DNA of 64,000 bases, taken from NCBI GenBank assembly GCA_043823745.1, contig JBDRAN010000016.1, positions 1,243-65,242 of the forward strand, in the 5' to 3' direction. The notes beneath the pieces were generated by a model. The model was not told the DNA's origin, did not search any database, and saw only the letters and a program-made list of their open reading frames with translations. Each line of letters begins with the position of its first letter. Position 1 is the stretch's first letter. This document shows, in pieces, positions 18,169 to 26,762 of the stretch. Both the position numbers and the translations under genes were made by a program. Source of the stretch: Candidatus Omnitrophota bacterium. Lineage in GTDB: Bacteria > Omnitrophota > Gorgyraeia > Duberdicusellales > 4484-171.

Positions 18169-18822
18169 ATGCCGGATACTATACGATTATTTATCTGCGA
18201 TGATCATATGTTGTTTCGCCAGGGTATCAGGAAATTACTAGAGTTAGAGCCTGGTATGGTGGTCGTTGGCGAAGCCGGCAGCGGCCAGGTAATGTTGGAT
18301 GCGTTGAAGAAAACTGGGCCTGATGTGATATTGATGGATATCGGCATGCCCGGCATGGACGGCGTTGCCGCCACATTTAAGGTTAGAAAAATATTTCCCA
18401 GTGCAAAAATTATTATTCTTACCGTTTATGAAGATGAGCCGCATATTTTTAAGGCAATTAAAGCGGGGGCCATGGGATATTTGTTAAAGGACGTCTCTTT
18501 CGATGAGTTGTTGGAAGCCATCCGTAGTGTTTATAAAGGAGAGGCATTGATTCAGCCGGCGATAGCTACTAAGGTTTTAAAAGAATTTGCCATGCTGGAT
18601 AAAAGAGAGATTAAAGGAGGGGATAAATTCTATAATGATTTGACCGAAAGGGAAAAAGAAGTCTTGCGCTTGATCGCCCTGGGAGGCTCTAATAAGGAAA
18701 TTGCACAAAAGCTCGCTATTTCCGAAAAGACCGTCAAGAACCATATTGGTAACATATTTCAGACTCTTCACGTAAACAGCCGCACTCAAGCCGCCATCTA
18801 CGTTTTGAGTAAGAAAAGCTAA
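18169..18822 (+). CDS. response regulator, NarL/LuxR family (REC + HTH_LuxR)
   Basis: Receiver Asp region (FICDDHM … VILMDIGMPGMDG) and C-terminal LuxR HTH (LTEREKEVLRLIALGGSNKEIAQKLAISEKTVKNHIGNIF). Confidence 0.85.
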   Translation: MPDTIRLFICDDHMLFRQGIRKLLELEPGMVVVGEAGSGQVMLDALKKTGPDVILMDIGMPGMDGVAATFKVRKIFPSAKIIILTVYEDEPHIFKAIKAGAMGYLLKDVSFDELLEAIRSVYKGEALIQPAIATKVLKEFAMLDKREIKGGDKFYNDLTEREKEVLRLIALGGSNKEIAQKLAISEKTVKNHIGNIFQTLHVNSRTQAAIYVLSKKS

Positions 18823-18852
18823 GTCGATATTTTTTACTGCATCATGGGACTA

Positions 18853-18885
18853 AAGGCCTAGAGAAATCTAGGCCTTTTTATTTTG
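18853..18885 (+). terminator. rho-independent terminator after the two-component operon
   Basis: aaaggcctag-agaaat-ctaggccttt stem-loop followed by tttatttt. Confidence 0.7.
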
Positions 18886-18979
18886 GAAAAATAGGACTTA
18901 CGGCATTTGCGTAAAGCGTAATAAAAAATATAATAAGCTCATTCTAATTCACTTCTATCCTTAATATCTTTAAGTACAG

Positions 18980-19612
18980 ATGAAGTGGTTCATTTCACAG
19001 GATACCATCAAATCGTCTTTCCAAAAAACCCTGCAAGAGCATTGCGGCGAAAAGGTAACCCATTGTTATCAATGCGGCAAGTGTTCCGCGGGCTGCCCTA
19101 TTGCTTACCAAATGGATTATCTTCCCAACCAAATTATTCGAATGGTGCAGTTAGGCATGGAGAAGGAGGTTTTATCCAGTAACACCATGTGGCTGTGCGC
19201 TTCTTGTATTACCTGCACTTCCCGGTGCCCGAGGGAGATTGATATTGCTGAAATCATGGATTACCTACGACGGCGGGCATACAGAAAAGGTATCATGCCT
19301 AAAAGAGATATCGAGATACCTCTTTTTAACAAGATTTTTCTGAAAAACATCGAACTATTCGGAAGGCTTTTCGAGATGGGCCTTATTGGTATGTTTAATA
19401 CCTTAAGCGGAGAGTTTTTTAAAGATGTGCCTTTGGCGCCAACGATGTTTTGGAAGCGTAAAATCGGCGTCTTGCCGCATCGGATCAATAATATCAAAGA
19501 AGTAAAAGAAATTTTTAAGAAAGCGGGAAAACTGGGCCGCGCCCGCAGAGGAAGGTTAGTCTACCCTAACCTGATATTTTTTAATCTATTGCGAAAGTTA
19601 TGGAGAAAATAG
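18980..19612 (+). CDS. hdrC: heterodisulfide reductase subunit C-like protein (2x[4Fe-4S])
   Basis: Two ferredoxin-type motifs CYQCGKCSAGCP and CASCITCTSRCP with HdrC-like spacing. About 210 aa. Confidence 0.7.
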   Translation: MKWFISQDTIKSSFQKTLQEHCGEKVTHCYQCGKCSAGCPIAYQMDYLPNQIIRMVQLGMEKEVLSSNTMWLCASCITCTSRCPREIDIAEIMDYLRRRAYRKGIMPKRDIEIPLFNKIFLKNIELFGRLFEMGLIGMFNTLSGEFFKDVPLAPTMFWKRKIGVLPHRINNIKEVKEIFKKAGKLGRARRGRLVYPNLIFFNLLRKLWRK

Positions 19613-19632
19613 AGAAATTAAAATAGTTTATT

Positions 19633-19742
19633 GAGTTCATAGAGTTTATAGAGTTCATAGGGTTATGAAGAACGCAACGAACTCAAGCAACTCAAAGAAC
19701 TCAAAGAACTCAAAGAACTCAAGCAACTCAACGAACTCAAAT
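19633..19742. repeat. heptamer microsatellite tract (gagttcatag / tttatag then aactcaa[a/g][g/c] x8)
   Basis: Directly visible tandem iteration between hdrC stop and hdrB start. The two halves are reverse-complementary families (ttgagtt vs aactcaa). Confidence 0.8.
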
Positions 19743-20618
19743 ATGAAATACGCCTATTATCCCGGGTGCTCGTTGCATTCAACTGCCAGAGAGTATGATA
19801 TGTCTGCCCGGGCGGTTGCTGAGGCTCTCGGAATAGAACTTTTGGAAATTCCTGATTGGATATGTTGTGGTGCCACTCCCGCGCACATCACGATGCATCT
19901 TTTGTCGATCGCTCTTCCGGTAAAGAATCTCCTAAAGGCAAAAGCTATGGGTTCTTATGAAGTAGCGACTTGCTGCGCTGCCTGTTTTAGCCGTTTGAAG
20001 ATTGCCAATGAATTTATGGAAAATAATCCTGAGCATCGTAAAAAAGTAAATGAGATAGTGGGCGAAGAATATAGGGGAGAGGTTAAGGTACGGCATTTTC
20101 TAGATATAATCGTCAATGAATTTGGATTAAAGAATCTCGAGCAGAAGGTAGTAGATAAGTTAAGCGGATTAAAAGTAGCCTGTTATTACGGTTGCCTTTT
20201 AACCCGTCCGCATGAAGTTACTCAGTTTGATGATCTGGAGGCTCCGCATTCGATGGATGATTTGATGAAAACAATCGGGGTAGAGCCTGTTTCCTGGCCG
20301 TATAAGACCGAATGCTGCGGAGCAAGTTTTTCCCTTACCCGGACCGATATTGTACTTAAGCTCTCGGGCGATATTTTGCAGATGGCGGCCGATGAAGGCG
20401 CAGAAGCTATTGTGGTAGCTTGCCCCTTGTGCCAATCAAATCTGGATTTAAGGCAAGCGGCGATTAATAAGAAGTTTAAGAAGAATTTTCAGATGCCGAT
20501 TTTTTATTTTACCCAATTAGTAGGCTTGAGTTTAGGGATCGATCCTAAAAAATTGGGGTTCAGTAGGCATATTGTTAATCCTATGCCGTTGTTGAGAGAA
20601 AAAATAATAAGTTATTGA
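19743..20618 (+). CDS. hdrB: heterodisulfide reductase subunit B-like protein (CCG domains)
   Basis: Starts MKYAYYPGCS as in HdrB. Two cysteine-rich CCG domains (WICCGATP…CAACF and CYYGCLL…ECCGASF…CPLCQ). The ORF-track start 19665 runs through an upstream microsatellite and is not preferred. Confidence 0.75.
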   Translation: MKYAYYPGCSLHSTAREYDMSARAVAEALGIELLEIPDWICCGATPAHITMHLLSIALPVKNLLKAKAMGSYEVATCCAACFSRLKIANEFMENNPEHRKKVNEIVGEEYRGEVKVRHFLDIIVNEFGLKNLEQKVVDKLSGLKVACYYGCLLTRPHEVTQFDDLEAPHSMDDLMKTIGVEPVSWPYKTECCGASFSLTRTDIVLKLSGDILQMAADEGAEAIVVACPLCQSNLDLRQAAINKKFKKNFQMPIFYFTQLVGLSLGIDPKKLGFSRHIVNPMPLLREKIISY

Positions 20619-20748
20619 GTTATAGGGTTATTGGGTTATAGAGTTAAACCCAAGTAACCCAAGTAACCCAAGTAACTCAAGTAACTCAAGTAACTCAACG
20701 AACCCAATAACTCAATAGACTCAAGTAACCCAAGTAACCCAAGTAACT
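20613..20748. repeat. microsatellite tract (gttatag / ttgggtt then caagtaac[c/t] x10) filling the hdrB-hdrA junction
   Basis: Visible tandem 9-mer cccaagtaa / ctcaagtaa repeats. Begins at the hdrB stop codon and ends at the hdrA ATG. Confidence 0.8.
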
Positions 20749-22773
20749 ATGAAGATAGGCGTATTCATTTGTCATTGCGGTACTAATATCTCCGCAACCG
20801 TGGATGTGGAAAAGGTTGCGCAGGCATTATCCCTCTTTCCAAAAGTTAAATTCTCCACCACCTACAAATATATGTGCTCTGATCCCGGGCAAGGCCTCCT
20901 TCGGCAGTCGATTAAAGAGCACAAATTAGATCGCATTGTTATCTCTTCTTGCAGTCCGCGTCTGCATGAGAAGACTTTTAAGAAGTGCGTTGAGGATGCC
21001 GGAATAAATCCTTACTTAGTGGAAATGGCTAATATTCGCGAACACTGTTCCTGGGTGCATCGTGACAGGGAACAAGCGACTAAAAAGGCAATAGAAATTA
21101 CAAGGATGGCCGTGGCTAAAGTTTCGCGCGACAAGCCTTTGCAGAAGACGTATACATCCATCGAAAAGAAGGTTTTGATTATTGGCGCAGGTATATCCGG
21201 TATACAGTCGGCCATTGATATTTCTTTTGCCCGTTATCCGGTAACTATGATTGAGAAGGAGCCGACCATCGGAGGCAGGATGGCCCGTTTTGATAAGACC
21301 TTTCCTACTCTTGATTGTGCAGCTTGCATTTTGACTCCTAAAATGGTTACCGTGGCTCAGAGTGAATATGTTACTATTCATACTTATTCTGAAGTAGAAG
21401 AGGTTAGCGGCCATATCGGTAATTTTAAAGTTAAATATAGAAAGAAGGCGCGTTCCGTTGATTTACATAAATGCACCGGTTGCGGCGCTTGTTGGAATAA
21501 ATGTCCGGTGAAAGTTGACTCTGAGTTTGATTTGGGTCTAGGAAAAAGGAAAGCAATATACGTACCATTTGCGCAGGCTGTTCCTAATGTCCCGGTGATT
21601 GATAGAAAGAATTGCCTTTGGTTTACCCCGTTAGAGAAAGCCCCGGACAAAGCCGGTGAAAAAAGTTCTCTAACGGGGTTTACGCAGAAGAAATGCGGCC
21701 TGTGTAAAAAAATCTGTTCCTTCGGGGCTATTGATTATGATATGCAGGATGAAATTATTGAAGAAAAATTCGGCGCCATAATTGTCGCTACCGGCTTTGA
21801 GCAATTTGACCATGCGGTTTACGGCGAATACGGCTACGGAAAGTTTAAAGATGTGATTACAGGCTTACATTTTGAACGTATGGCGAATTCTTCCGGGCCG
21901 ACGGAAGGTAAGATTGTCCGGCCTTCAGACGGGAAAGAAGCGCAGGATGTCGTATTTATTCAGTGTGTGGGCTCGCGCGATGAACAGAAAGGCGTGCCCT
22001 ATTGTTCGCGTCTCTGTTGTATGTACACCGCAAAACACGCGCTTTTACTTAAAGAGCATAATAAAGATTCACAGGCCTATGTTTTTTATATTGACATTAG
22101 AGCCGCAGGTAAGAATTATGAGGAGTTTTTAAAAAGAGTCCAGACTGATTATGGTGCGGTTTATTTAAGGGGAAGGGTTTCGCGCATTTTTGAAAAGGGC
22201 GGTAAACTTATTGTCAGGGGCGCTGACACTTTAAGCGGCGGGCAGGTAGAAATAAAGGCAGATTTGGTGGTTTTGGCTACGGGCTTGATTGCCCAGCCGG
22301 ACGCGGTAAAACTTGCTCAGATGCTGCATATCCCGTATGACCAGAATAATTTTTTTACCGAAGCACACCCTAAACTTGCGCCGGTTGAAACCATAACCAG
22401 TGGAATTTATCTTACGGGTGCTTGTCAGTCACCCAAGGATATACCGGATACGGTGGCCACTGCTTCCGCTGCTTCAGTGAAGGCTTTGGGGCTGATGGTA
22501 CAGGATACATTAGAAAGAGAGCCTATCGTGGCTAAGGTTAATCCTGATGCATGTTCCGGATGTCGTGCCTGCATCCAAGCTTGTCCATTTAGTGCTATAG
22601 AGGAAAATGAAATTGAAGATAGAAGACTTAAGCGCAAAAGAATCGTGGCTAAGGTCTTGGAAGGAGTTTGCACTGGCTGTGGCAACTGCACTGCGGTTTG
22701 CCGAATGGCGGCTATAGACTTGGAAGGTTTTACCAATAGGCAGGTTATGGAAGAAATTGAAAGTCTTAGTTGA
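20749..22773 (+). CDS. hdrA: heterodisulfide reductase subunit A-like FAD/Fe-S protein
   Basis: N-terminal Cys cluster (MKIGVFICHCGTNIS). FAD-binding VLIIGAGISGIQSA. Ferredoxin motifs CTGCGACWNKCP, CSGCRACIQACP and CTGCGNCTAVC. C-terminal Cys-rich inserted-ferredoxin arrangement. 674 aa. Confidence 0.8.
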   Translation: MKIGVFICHCGTNISATVDVEKVAQALSLFPKVKFSTTYKYMCSDPGQGLLRQSIKEHKLDRIVISSCSPRLHEKTFKKCVEDAGINPYLVEMANIREHCSWVHRDREQATKKAIEITRMAVAKVSRDKPLQKTYTSIEKKVLIIGAGISGIQSAIDISFARYPVTMIEKEPTIGGRMARFDKTFPTLDCAACILTPKMVTVAQSEYVTIHTYSEVEEVSGHIGNFKVKYRKKARSVDLHKCTGCGACWNKCPVKVDSEFDLGLGKRKAIYVPFAQAVPNVPVIDRKNCLWFTPLEKAPDKAGEKSSLTGFTQKKCGLCKKICSFGAIDYDMQDEIIEEKFGAIIVATGFEQFDHAVYGEYGYGKFKDVITGLHFERMANSSGPTEGKIVRPSDGKEAQDVVFIQCVGSRDEQKGVPYCSRLCCMYTAKHALLLKEHNKDSQAYVFYIDIRAAGKNYEEFLKRVQTDYGAVYLRGRVSRIFEKGGKLIVRGADTLSGGQVEIKADLVVLATGLIAQPDAVKLAQMLHIPYDQNNFFTEAHPKLAPVETITSGIYLTGACQSPKDIPDTVATASAASVKALGLMVQDTLEREPIVAKVNPDACSGCRACIQACPFSAIEENEIEDRRLKRKRIVAKVLEGVCTGCGNCTAVCRMAAIDLEGFTNRQVMEEIESLS

Positions 22774-22826
22774 TGGTTTATAGTCTATAGTTTATAGCTA
22801 TAAACCATACACCATAAACTATAAAC
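22774..22826. repeat. self-complementary tttatag/ctataaac repeat hairpin at hdrA-4HB junction
   Basis: gtttatagtctatagtttatagctataaaccatacaccataaactataaac; the left half is the reverse complement of the right half. Confidence 0.75.
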
Positions 22827-22847
22827 TTGAGGAGCGAAGCGACGAAT

Positions 22848-23201
22848 ATGTTTGGGTTTGAAAAGCTTGAAGTATGGCAAAGAACACGAGAGTTTTTAAA
22901 AGGAATTTATAAAGTTACAACTAATTTTCCAAAAGAAGAACAATTTGGGTTATCGCAACATGTGCGAAAAAGTGCGGTTTCTATTCTTTCTAACATTGCA
23001 GAAGCAACAAGTAGATTTGGCGATGTTGATTTTAAAAGATTTATCGAAATAGCAATAGGTTCTTTATATGAGACCATAAGTCAGTTGTTCATAGCTTTAG
23101 ATAATAATTATTTAGATAAGAAAAATTTTGAAGCTCTTTACAAAGATGCAGAAATTATAGTTAAAATGCTTAGCAAACTTTCAAAATCGCGAGGGATCTA
23201 A
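22848..23201 (+). CDS. four-helix-bundle protein (TIGR02436 / 23S rRNA intervening-sequence protein family)
   Basis: MFGFEKLEVWQRTREFLKGIYKVTTNFPKEEQFGLSQHVRKSAVSILSNIAEATSRFGDVDFKRFIEIAIGSLYET… is the characteristic sequence of this family. RBS gaggag upstream of ATG 22848. Markedly AT-rich relative to the flanking hdrA and mvhD. Confidence 0.75.
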   Translation: MFGFEKLEVWQRTREFLKGIYKVTTNFPKEEQFGLSQHVRKSAVSILSNIAEATSRFGDVDFKRFIEIAIGSLYETISQLFIALDNNYLDKKNFEALYKDAEIIVKMLSKLSKSRGI

Positions 23202-23202
23202 C

Positions 23203-23667
23203 GTGCAGAGCGAATTTAGCCATAAACCATCAACCATCAACCATCAACCAGAAGATTGGGAGCCTAAAATAGTCGGATTCTTATGTAATTGGTGCAGTTA
23301 CGCCGGAGCGGATTTAGCCGGGACTTCACGTATGGAATATCCTCACAATATCAAAATTATCAGGGTTCCCTGCTCCGGAAGAGTGAACCCGCTTTTTGTG
23401 CTTAAGTGCCTCATGAACGGCGCGGATGGAGTATTGGTTTCCGGCTGTCATATTGGTGATTGTCATTATTCAGAAGGCAATTTCTACGCGCGTAGGCGTT
23501 TTGCCGTATTGCAGAAGCTTCTTGAGTACGCGGGGATTGACCCGAGGAGATTTCAGATGTCCTGGGTTTCTGCGTCAGAAGGACAAAAGTGGGCCACGTT
23601 GGTCAAGGGATTAGTGGAGGAGATTAAGCAGGCAGGGCCTAATAAGTTGATAGTTGATAGTGTATAG
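23203..23667 (+). CDS. mvhD: MvhD/FlxD-like hydrogenase delta-subunit-type [2Fe-2S] protein
   Basis: KIVGFLCNWCSYAGADLAG … RVPCSGRVNPLFVLKCLMNGADGVLVSGCHIGDCHY matches the methyl-viologen-reducing hydrogenase delta subunit domain. The GTG start is uncertain because the N-terminal 15 codons run through a ccatcaa microsatellite. Confidence 0.7.
   Translation: MQSEFSHKPSTINHQPEDWEPKIVGFLCNWCSYAGADLAGTSRMEYPHNIKIIRVPCSGRVNPLFVLKCLMNGADGVLVSGCHIGDCHYSEGNFYARRRFAVLQKLLEYAGIDPRRFQMSWVSASEGQKWATLVKGLVEEIKQAGPNKLIVDSV
23216..23250. repeat. ccatcaa / ataaacc heptamer repeat at 5' end of mvhD ORF
   Basis: cataaaccatcaaccatcaaccatcaacca, read in frame as KPSTINHQP. Confidence 0.7.
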
Positions 23668-23706
23668 TTGATGGCTATAAACCATCAACCATAAACCATA
23701 AACGAA
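23660..23706. repeat. ataaacc/ccatcaa repeat hairpin at mvhD-frhB-like junction
   Basis: gtatagttgatggctataaaccatcaaccataaaccataaacg; ttgatgg pairs with ccatcaa. Confidence 0.7.
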
Positions 23707-24588
23707 ATGATTGAAGAAGTAAAGAATAAGGCAAAGGAATTATTAAGAACCAAACAAGTTGATTTGATTATTGGTTATAAAAGAGCATCTGACGGAGTAT
23801 TTGCAATACCTTGTTTTATCTATAAGGAAAAGGAGGCAGATGTCTTAATCTGGGATGCCTATTGCGTGTATAACCTCGCTAATTATTTGAAGGATTTTCC
23901 CGGCAACAAGGTAGGGATAATAGCCAAGGATTGCGATATTAAATCGATTATCGTCCTGTTGCAGGAGAATCAGCTGAAACGGGAAGATGTCTTTATTATT
24001 GGTATCGAATGTATGGGGGTAGTTAATGAGAAGAAGCTGGACAGGCGGAACACAGATGCCGAAGAAATAGGTTACCATGAGAAATGCCGTGCTTGTAAAC
24101 CGGCGATACCGGTTTTTTGTGATGTAGTGATAGCTGGAGAAAAGAAAGAACCAGCTCATCATGCACAGGAGGATGCATACGTCTCGGTGCGTACATTCGA
24201 AGCAAAATCACTCAAAGAAAGATTTAAATTCTGGGAGGAAGAGTTTAAAAGATGTATCCGCTGTTATGCCTGCAGGCAAGTTTGTCCGATGTGTTACTGT
24301 CCGCGCTGTGTGGCGGATCAATCCATGCCGGCATGGTTCTCCAGGGCAACGGATTACAAGGGAAATTTGTCTTGGAACCTTACGCGCGCGATTCATTTGG
24401 CAGGAAGGTGCATTGATTGCGGCGAATGTGAAAGAGTCTGCCCAGTCGGCATTCCTTTGCGGGATATCAATAAAAAGCTGGAGAAAGACGTACAGGAGAT
24501 GTTTAAGTACACGGCAGGGACAAGTATTGAACAGAAACCTCTTCTTGCCGGTTTTGATAAAAATGATCCGGATGAATTCATTAAATGA
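23707..24588 (+). CDS. FrhB/FdhB/FlxC-like iron-sulfur flavoprotein subunit (4Fe-4S dicluster)
   Basis: C-terminal CIRCYACRQVCPMCYC … CIDCGECERVCP ferredoxin-like clusters. N-terminal half resembles the F420-hydrogenase beta-subunit fold. Assignment is by family resemblance only. Confidence 0.5.
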   Translation: MIEEVKNKAKELLRTKQVDLIIGYKRASDGVFAIPCFIYKEKEADVLIWDAYCVYNLANYLKDFPGNKVGIIAKDCDIKSIIVLLQENQLKREDVFIIGIECMGVVNEKKLDRRNTDAEEIGYHEKCRACKPAIPVFCDVVIAGEKKEPAHHAQEDAYVSVRTFEAKSLKERFKFWEEEFKRCIRCYACRQVCPMCYCPRCVADQSMPAWFSRATDYKGNLSWNLTRAIHLAGRCIDCGECERVCPVGIPLRDINKKLEKDVQEMFKYTAGTSIEQKPLLAGFDKNDPDEFIK

Positions 24589-24790
24589 GGCCACAACTTA
24601 CGGAGCCGCCGCTTCAGAAGCAGGCGAACGTAAGTTGTTTGGTCGAATTTATCCCGAGCTTACGCAGAAAATTTCAAAGAAATTTTCAAGTGTTTAAGCG
24701 AGGGGTAGTTGTGGAAGGTGCTAATCCACAAGGGATAGGCCTTCCTGATACCATTAAAGGAAGGGCTTAATCCACCGACTTTAGTCGGTT

Positions 24791-25795
24791 GTGGGGTGCG
24801 GGATGCAAAGAATTATAACCAAAGAAGAGCTTAGCTCTACATTAAAAGAACTCCTGAAGGAGTACGAAGTTATTGCCCCCAAGGACCTGTCTAACAAGGG
24901 CATTTTTTATCAGGAGATTTCAGATGTCGCAGATTTATGCTTGGGGGGCGGATTTGCCATCGAGCCCATAAAGAAATTTTTCCTCGAGCCTTGTTCCCGG
25001 ATTTGTAAGCATAGTCAAGATGATGGAGCAGGAGCTCAGGCCATAGAGCAACCCCAGAAAAAAAGGATTATTATCGGGGCTCGCCCCTGTGAAGCACGCG
25101 GCCTTGAGCTTTTAGACAAGATATTTGATGGTGAGCTCAAAGATAGTTTTTATATCAATAACCGCGCTCGGACCCTTATTGTCGGCCTGGCCTGTAATGA
25201 ACCTGATGGGTGCTGTTTCTGTACTTCTATGAGCGGCTCGCCCGTGGAAACCCGGGGGATGGATGCTCTATTGTTTGATTTTGCAGATACGTATGTCGTA
25301 GCAGTAATTACCGAGAAGGCAAAAAATATATTTGGCTCATTTGGAAAAGAACTCGACGCTCAAACTAAGAGAAGTTGGGAAAAGGATAATGAAAAAAGGA
25401 TTAATTCCTTGCAGAAGAAAATATCCCCCCCCAAGAGCATGGATGATATTTTTCAAAGCGATTATTGGAAAGAAGCTTCTCAATCTTGCTTAAGTTGTGG
25501 GATTTGCACCTTTTTATGCCCGACGTGCCACTGTTTTGATCTTATTGACGAAGAAAGAAAGATGTTTCGGTGTTATGACGGCTGTGCCTTCCCGGATTTT
25601 ACCCTTGAAGCATCAGGTGGAAATCCTCGGCCAGGCAAAAAAGAACGCTACCGCCAGCGGGTTTATCATAAATTTGATTATTTTAAGAAAAATTTCGGCG
25701 AAAATCTTTGTGTTGGCTGCGGAAGATGCATTAGGCATTGTCCGGTTAAGATAGATATAGCAGAAATCGTCGCTAACGCGCCGATTAGCGGATAG
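24791..25795 (+). CDS. AsrA/HydB-like 4Fe-4S subunit (sulfhydrogenase beta / anaerobic sulfite reductase subunit A family)
   Basis: Cys clusters CCFCTSMSGSP, CLSCGICTFLCPTCHC and CVGCGRCIRHCP, with length near 330 aa as in AsrA/HydB. Confidence 0.55.
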   Translation: MGCGMQRIITKEELSSTLKELLKEYEVIAPKDLSNKGIFYQEISDVADLCLGGGFAIEPIKKFFLEPCSRICKHSQDDGAGAQAIEQPQKKRIIIGARPCEARGLELLDKIFDGELKDSFYINNRARTLIVGLACNEPDGCCFCTSMSGSPVETRGMDALLFDFADTYVVAVITEKAKNIFGSFGKELDAQTKRSWEKDNEKRINSLQKKISPPKSMDDIFQSDYWKEASQSCLSCGICTFLCPTCHCFDLIDEERKMFRCYDGCAFPDFTLEASGGNPRPGKKERYRQRVYHKFDYFKKNFGENLCVGCGRCIRHCPVKIDIAEIVANAPISG

Positions 25796-25796
25796 T

Positions 25797-25878
25797 CGAT
25801 GTAGTTTATGGTTTATGGCAGTAATCTTCTCCCAAGCTATAAACCATACACCATCAACTATCAACTAAATTGTAAACT
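25797..25878. repeat. tttatgg/ccataaac repeat hairpin at asrA-like / asrB-like junction
   Basis: gtagtttatggtttatgg … ctataaaccatacaccatcaactatcaact; the two arms are complementary. Confidence 0.7.
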
Positions 25879-26760
25879 ATGCAAAATATTTATTTGCCTC
25901 ATTTAGCTGAAATAATTGATATCAAGCAGGAAACCCCTGATGTAAAGACGTTTAAACTGCACTTTACGGACGAGGCTGTAGCAAAGACATTCGATTATAA
26001 GCCCGGCCAATTCGTAGAATTATCGGTTTTCGGAGAAGGAGAAGCAACATTCTGTATTTCTAACTCTCCTACGCGGGGGATTCTTACCAAATCAACCAAC
26101 TCAACGAACTCAAGTAACTCAACGAACTTTATAAACTCTATAGAATGCAGCGTTAAACGTATGGGGAAGGTTACTCAGGCCCTCCACGAACTAGACGTTG
26201 GGGATATGGTTGGTATTCGGGGTCCCTACGGTAATGGTTTCCCGGTTGCAGACTTAAAGGGTAAAAACCTCGTGTTTGTTGCCGGCGGTATCGGGCTTGC
26301 GCCCCTGCGTTCTTTGATTAATTATGTCCTGGATAAGCGCAGCGATTTTAAGACCATTACCATTGTTAACGGCGCCAAGACCTCCAGGGACTTAGTCTAT
26401 CAAGATGAGTATGAAACGTGGAAGAAAGGAAAAGATACCTTCTTGCATTTAACCGTTGATTGTAATGAAGAAAATTGGACGTGCATGGTGGGGGTAGTGC
26501 CGAAGATTTTAGAAGAAATTAAACCGACGTGTAACGGCAGTGTGGCTATCGTATGCGGCCCCCCGGTCATGATTAAATTTACCATGCCTGTTCTTTTGAA
26601 GCTGGGGTTTTGCCCTGAGGCCATAATTACGACACTAGAAATGAGGATGAAATGTGGTTTGGGTAAATGCGGTAGATGCAATATTGGCAATCTCTATGTT
26701 TGTAAGGATGGCCCGGTTTTTACGTATCAACAGTTAGAGAGCCTCAACTTCGAGTATTAA
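25879..26760 (+). CDS. AsrB/HydG/PyrK-like FAD/NAD(P)-binding [2Fe-2S] oxidoreductase subunit
   Basis: Ferredoxin-reductase-type FAD-binding beta-barrel (KPGQFVELSVFGEGEATFCIS). NAD-binding LVFVAGGIGLAPLRS. C-terminal 2Fe-2S C-x-C-x2-C…C (CGLGKCGRCNIGNLYVC). Carries a roughly 20-aa in-frame STNS-rich insert encoded by an aactcaa microsatellite. Confidence 0.65.
   Translation: MQNIYLPHLAEIIDIKQETPDVKTFKLHFTDEAVAKTFDYKPGQFVELSVFGEGEATFCISNSPTRGILTKSTNSTNSSNSTNFINSIECSVKRMGKVTQALHELDVGDMVGIRGPYGNGFPVADLKGKNLVFVAGGIGLAPLRSLINYVLDKRSDFKTITIVNGAKTSRDLVYQDEYETWKKGKDTFLHLTVDCNEENWTCMVGVVPKILEEIKPTCNGSVAIVCGPPVMIKFTMPVLLKLGFCPEAIITTLEMRMKCGLGKCGRCNIGNLYVCKDGPVFTYQQLESLNFEY
26088..26150. repeat. in-frame aactcaa microsatellite inside the asrB-like CDS
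   Basis: accaaatcaaccaactcaacgaactcaagtaactcaacgaactttataaactctatag encodes TKSTNSTNSSNSTNFINS. Confidence 0.75.
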
Positions 26761-26762
26761 TT

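Noticed and set aside
19665-19742. N-terminal extension of hdrB encoding NATNSSNSKNSKNSKNSSNSTNSN
   Set aside because: HdrB homologues begin MKYAYYPGC, which is at 19743. The upstream codons are the aactcaa microsatellite and lack an RBS, so they are treated as intergenic repeat.
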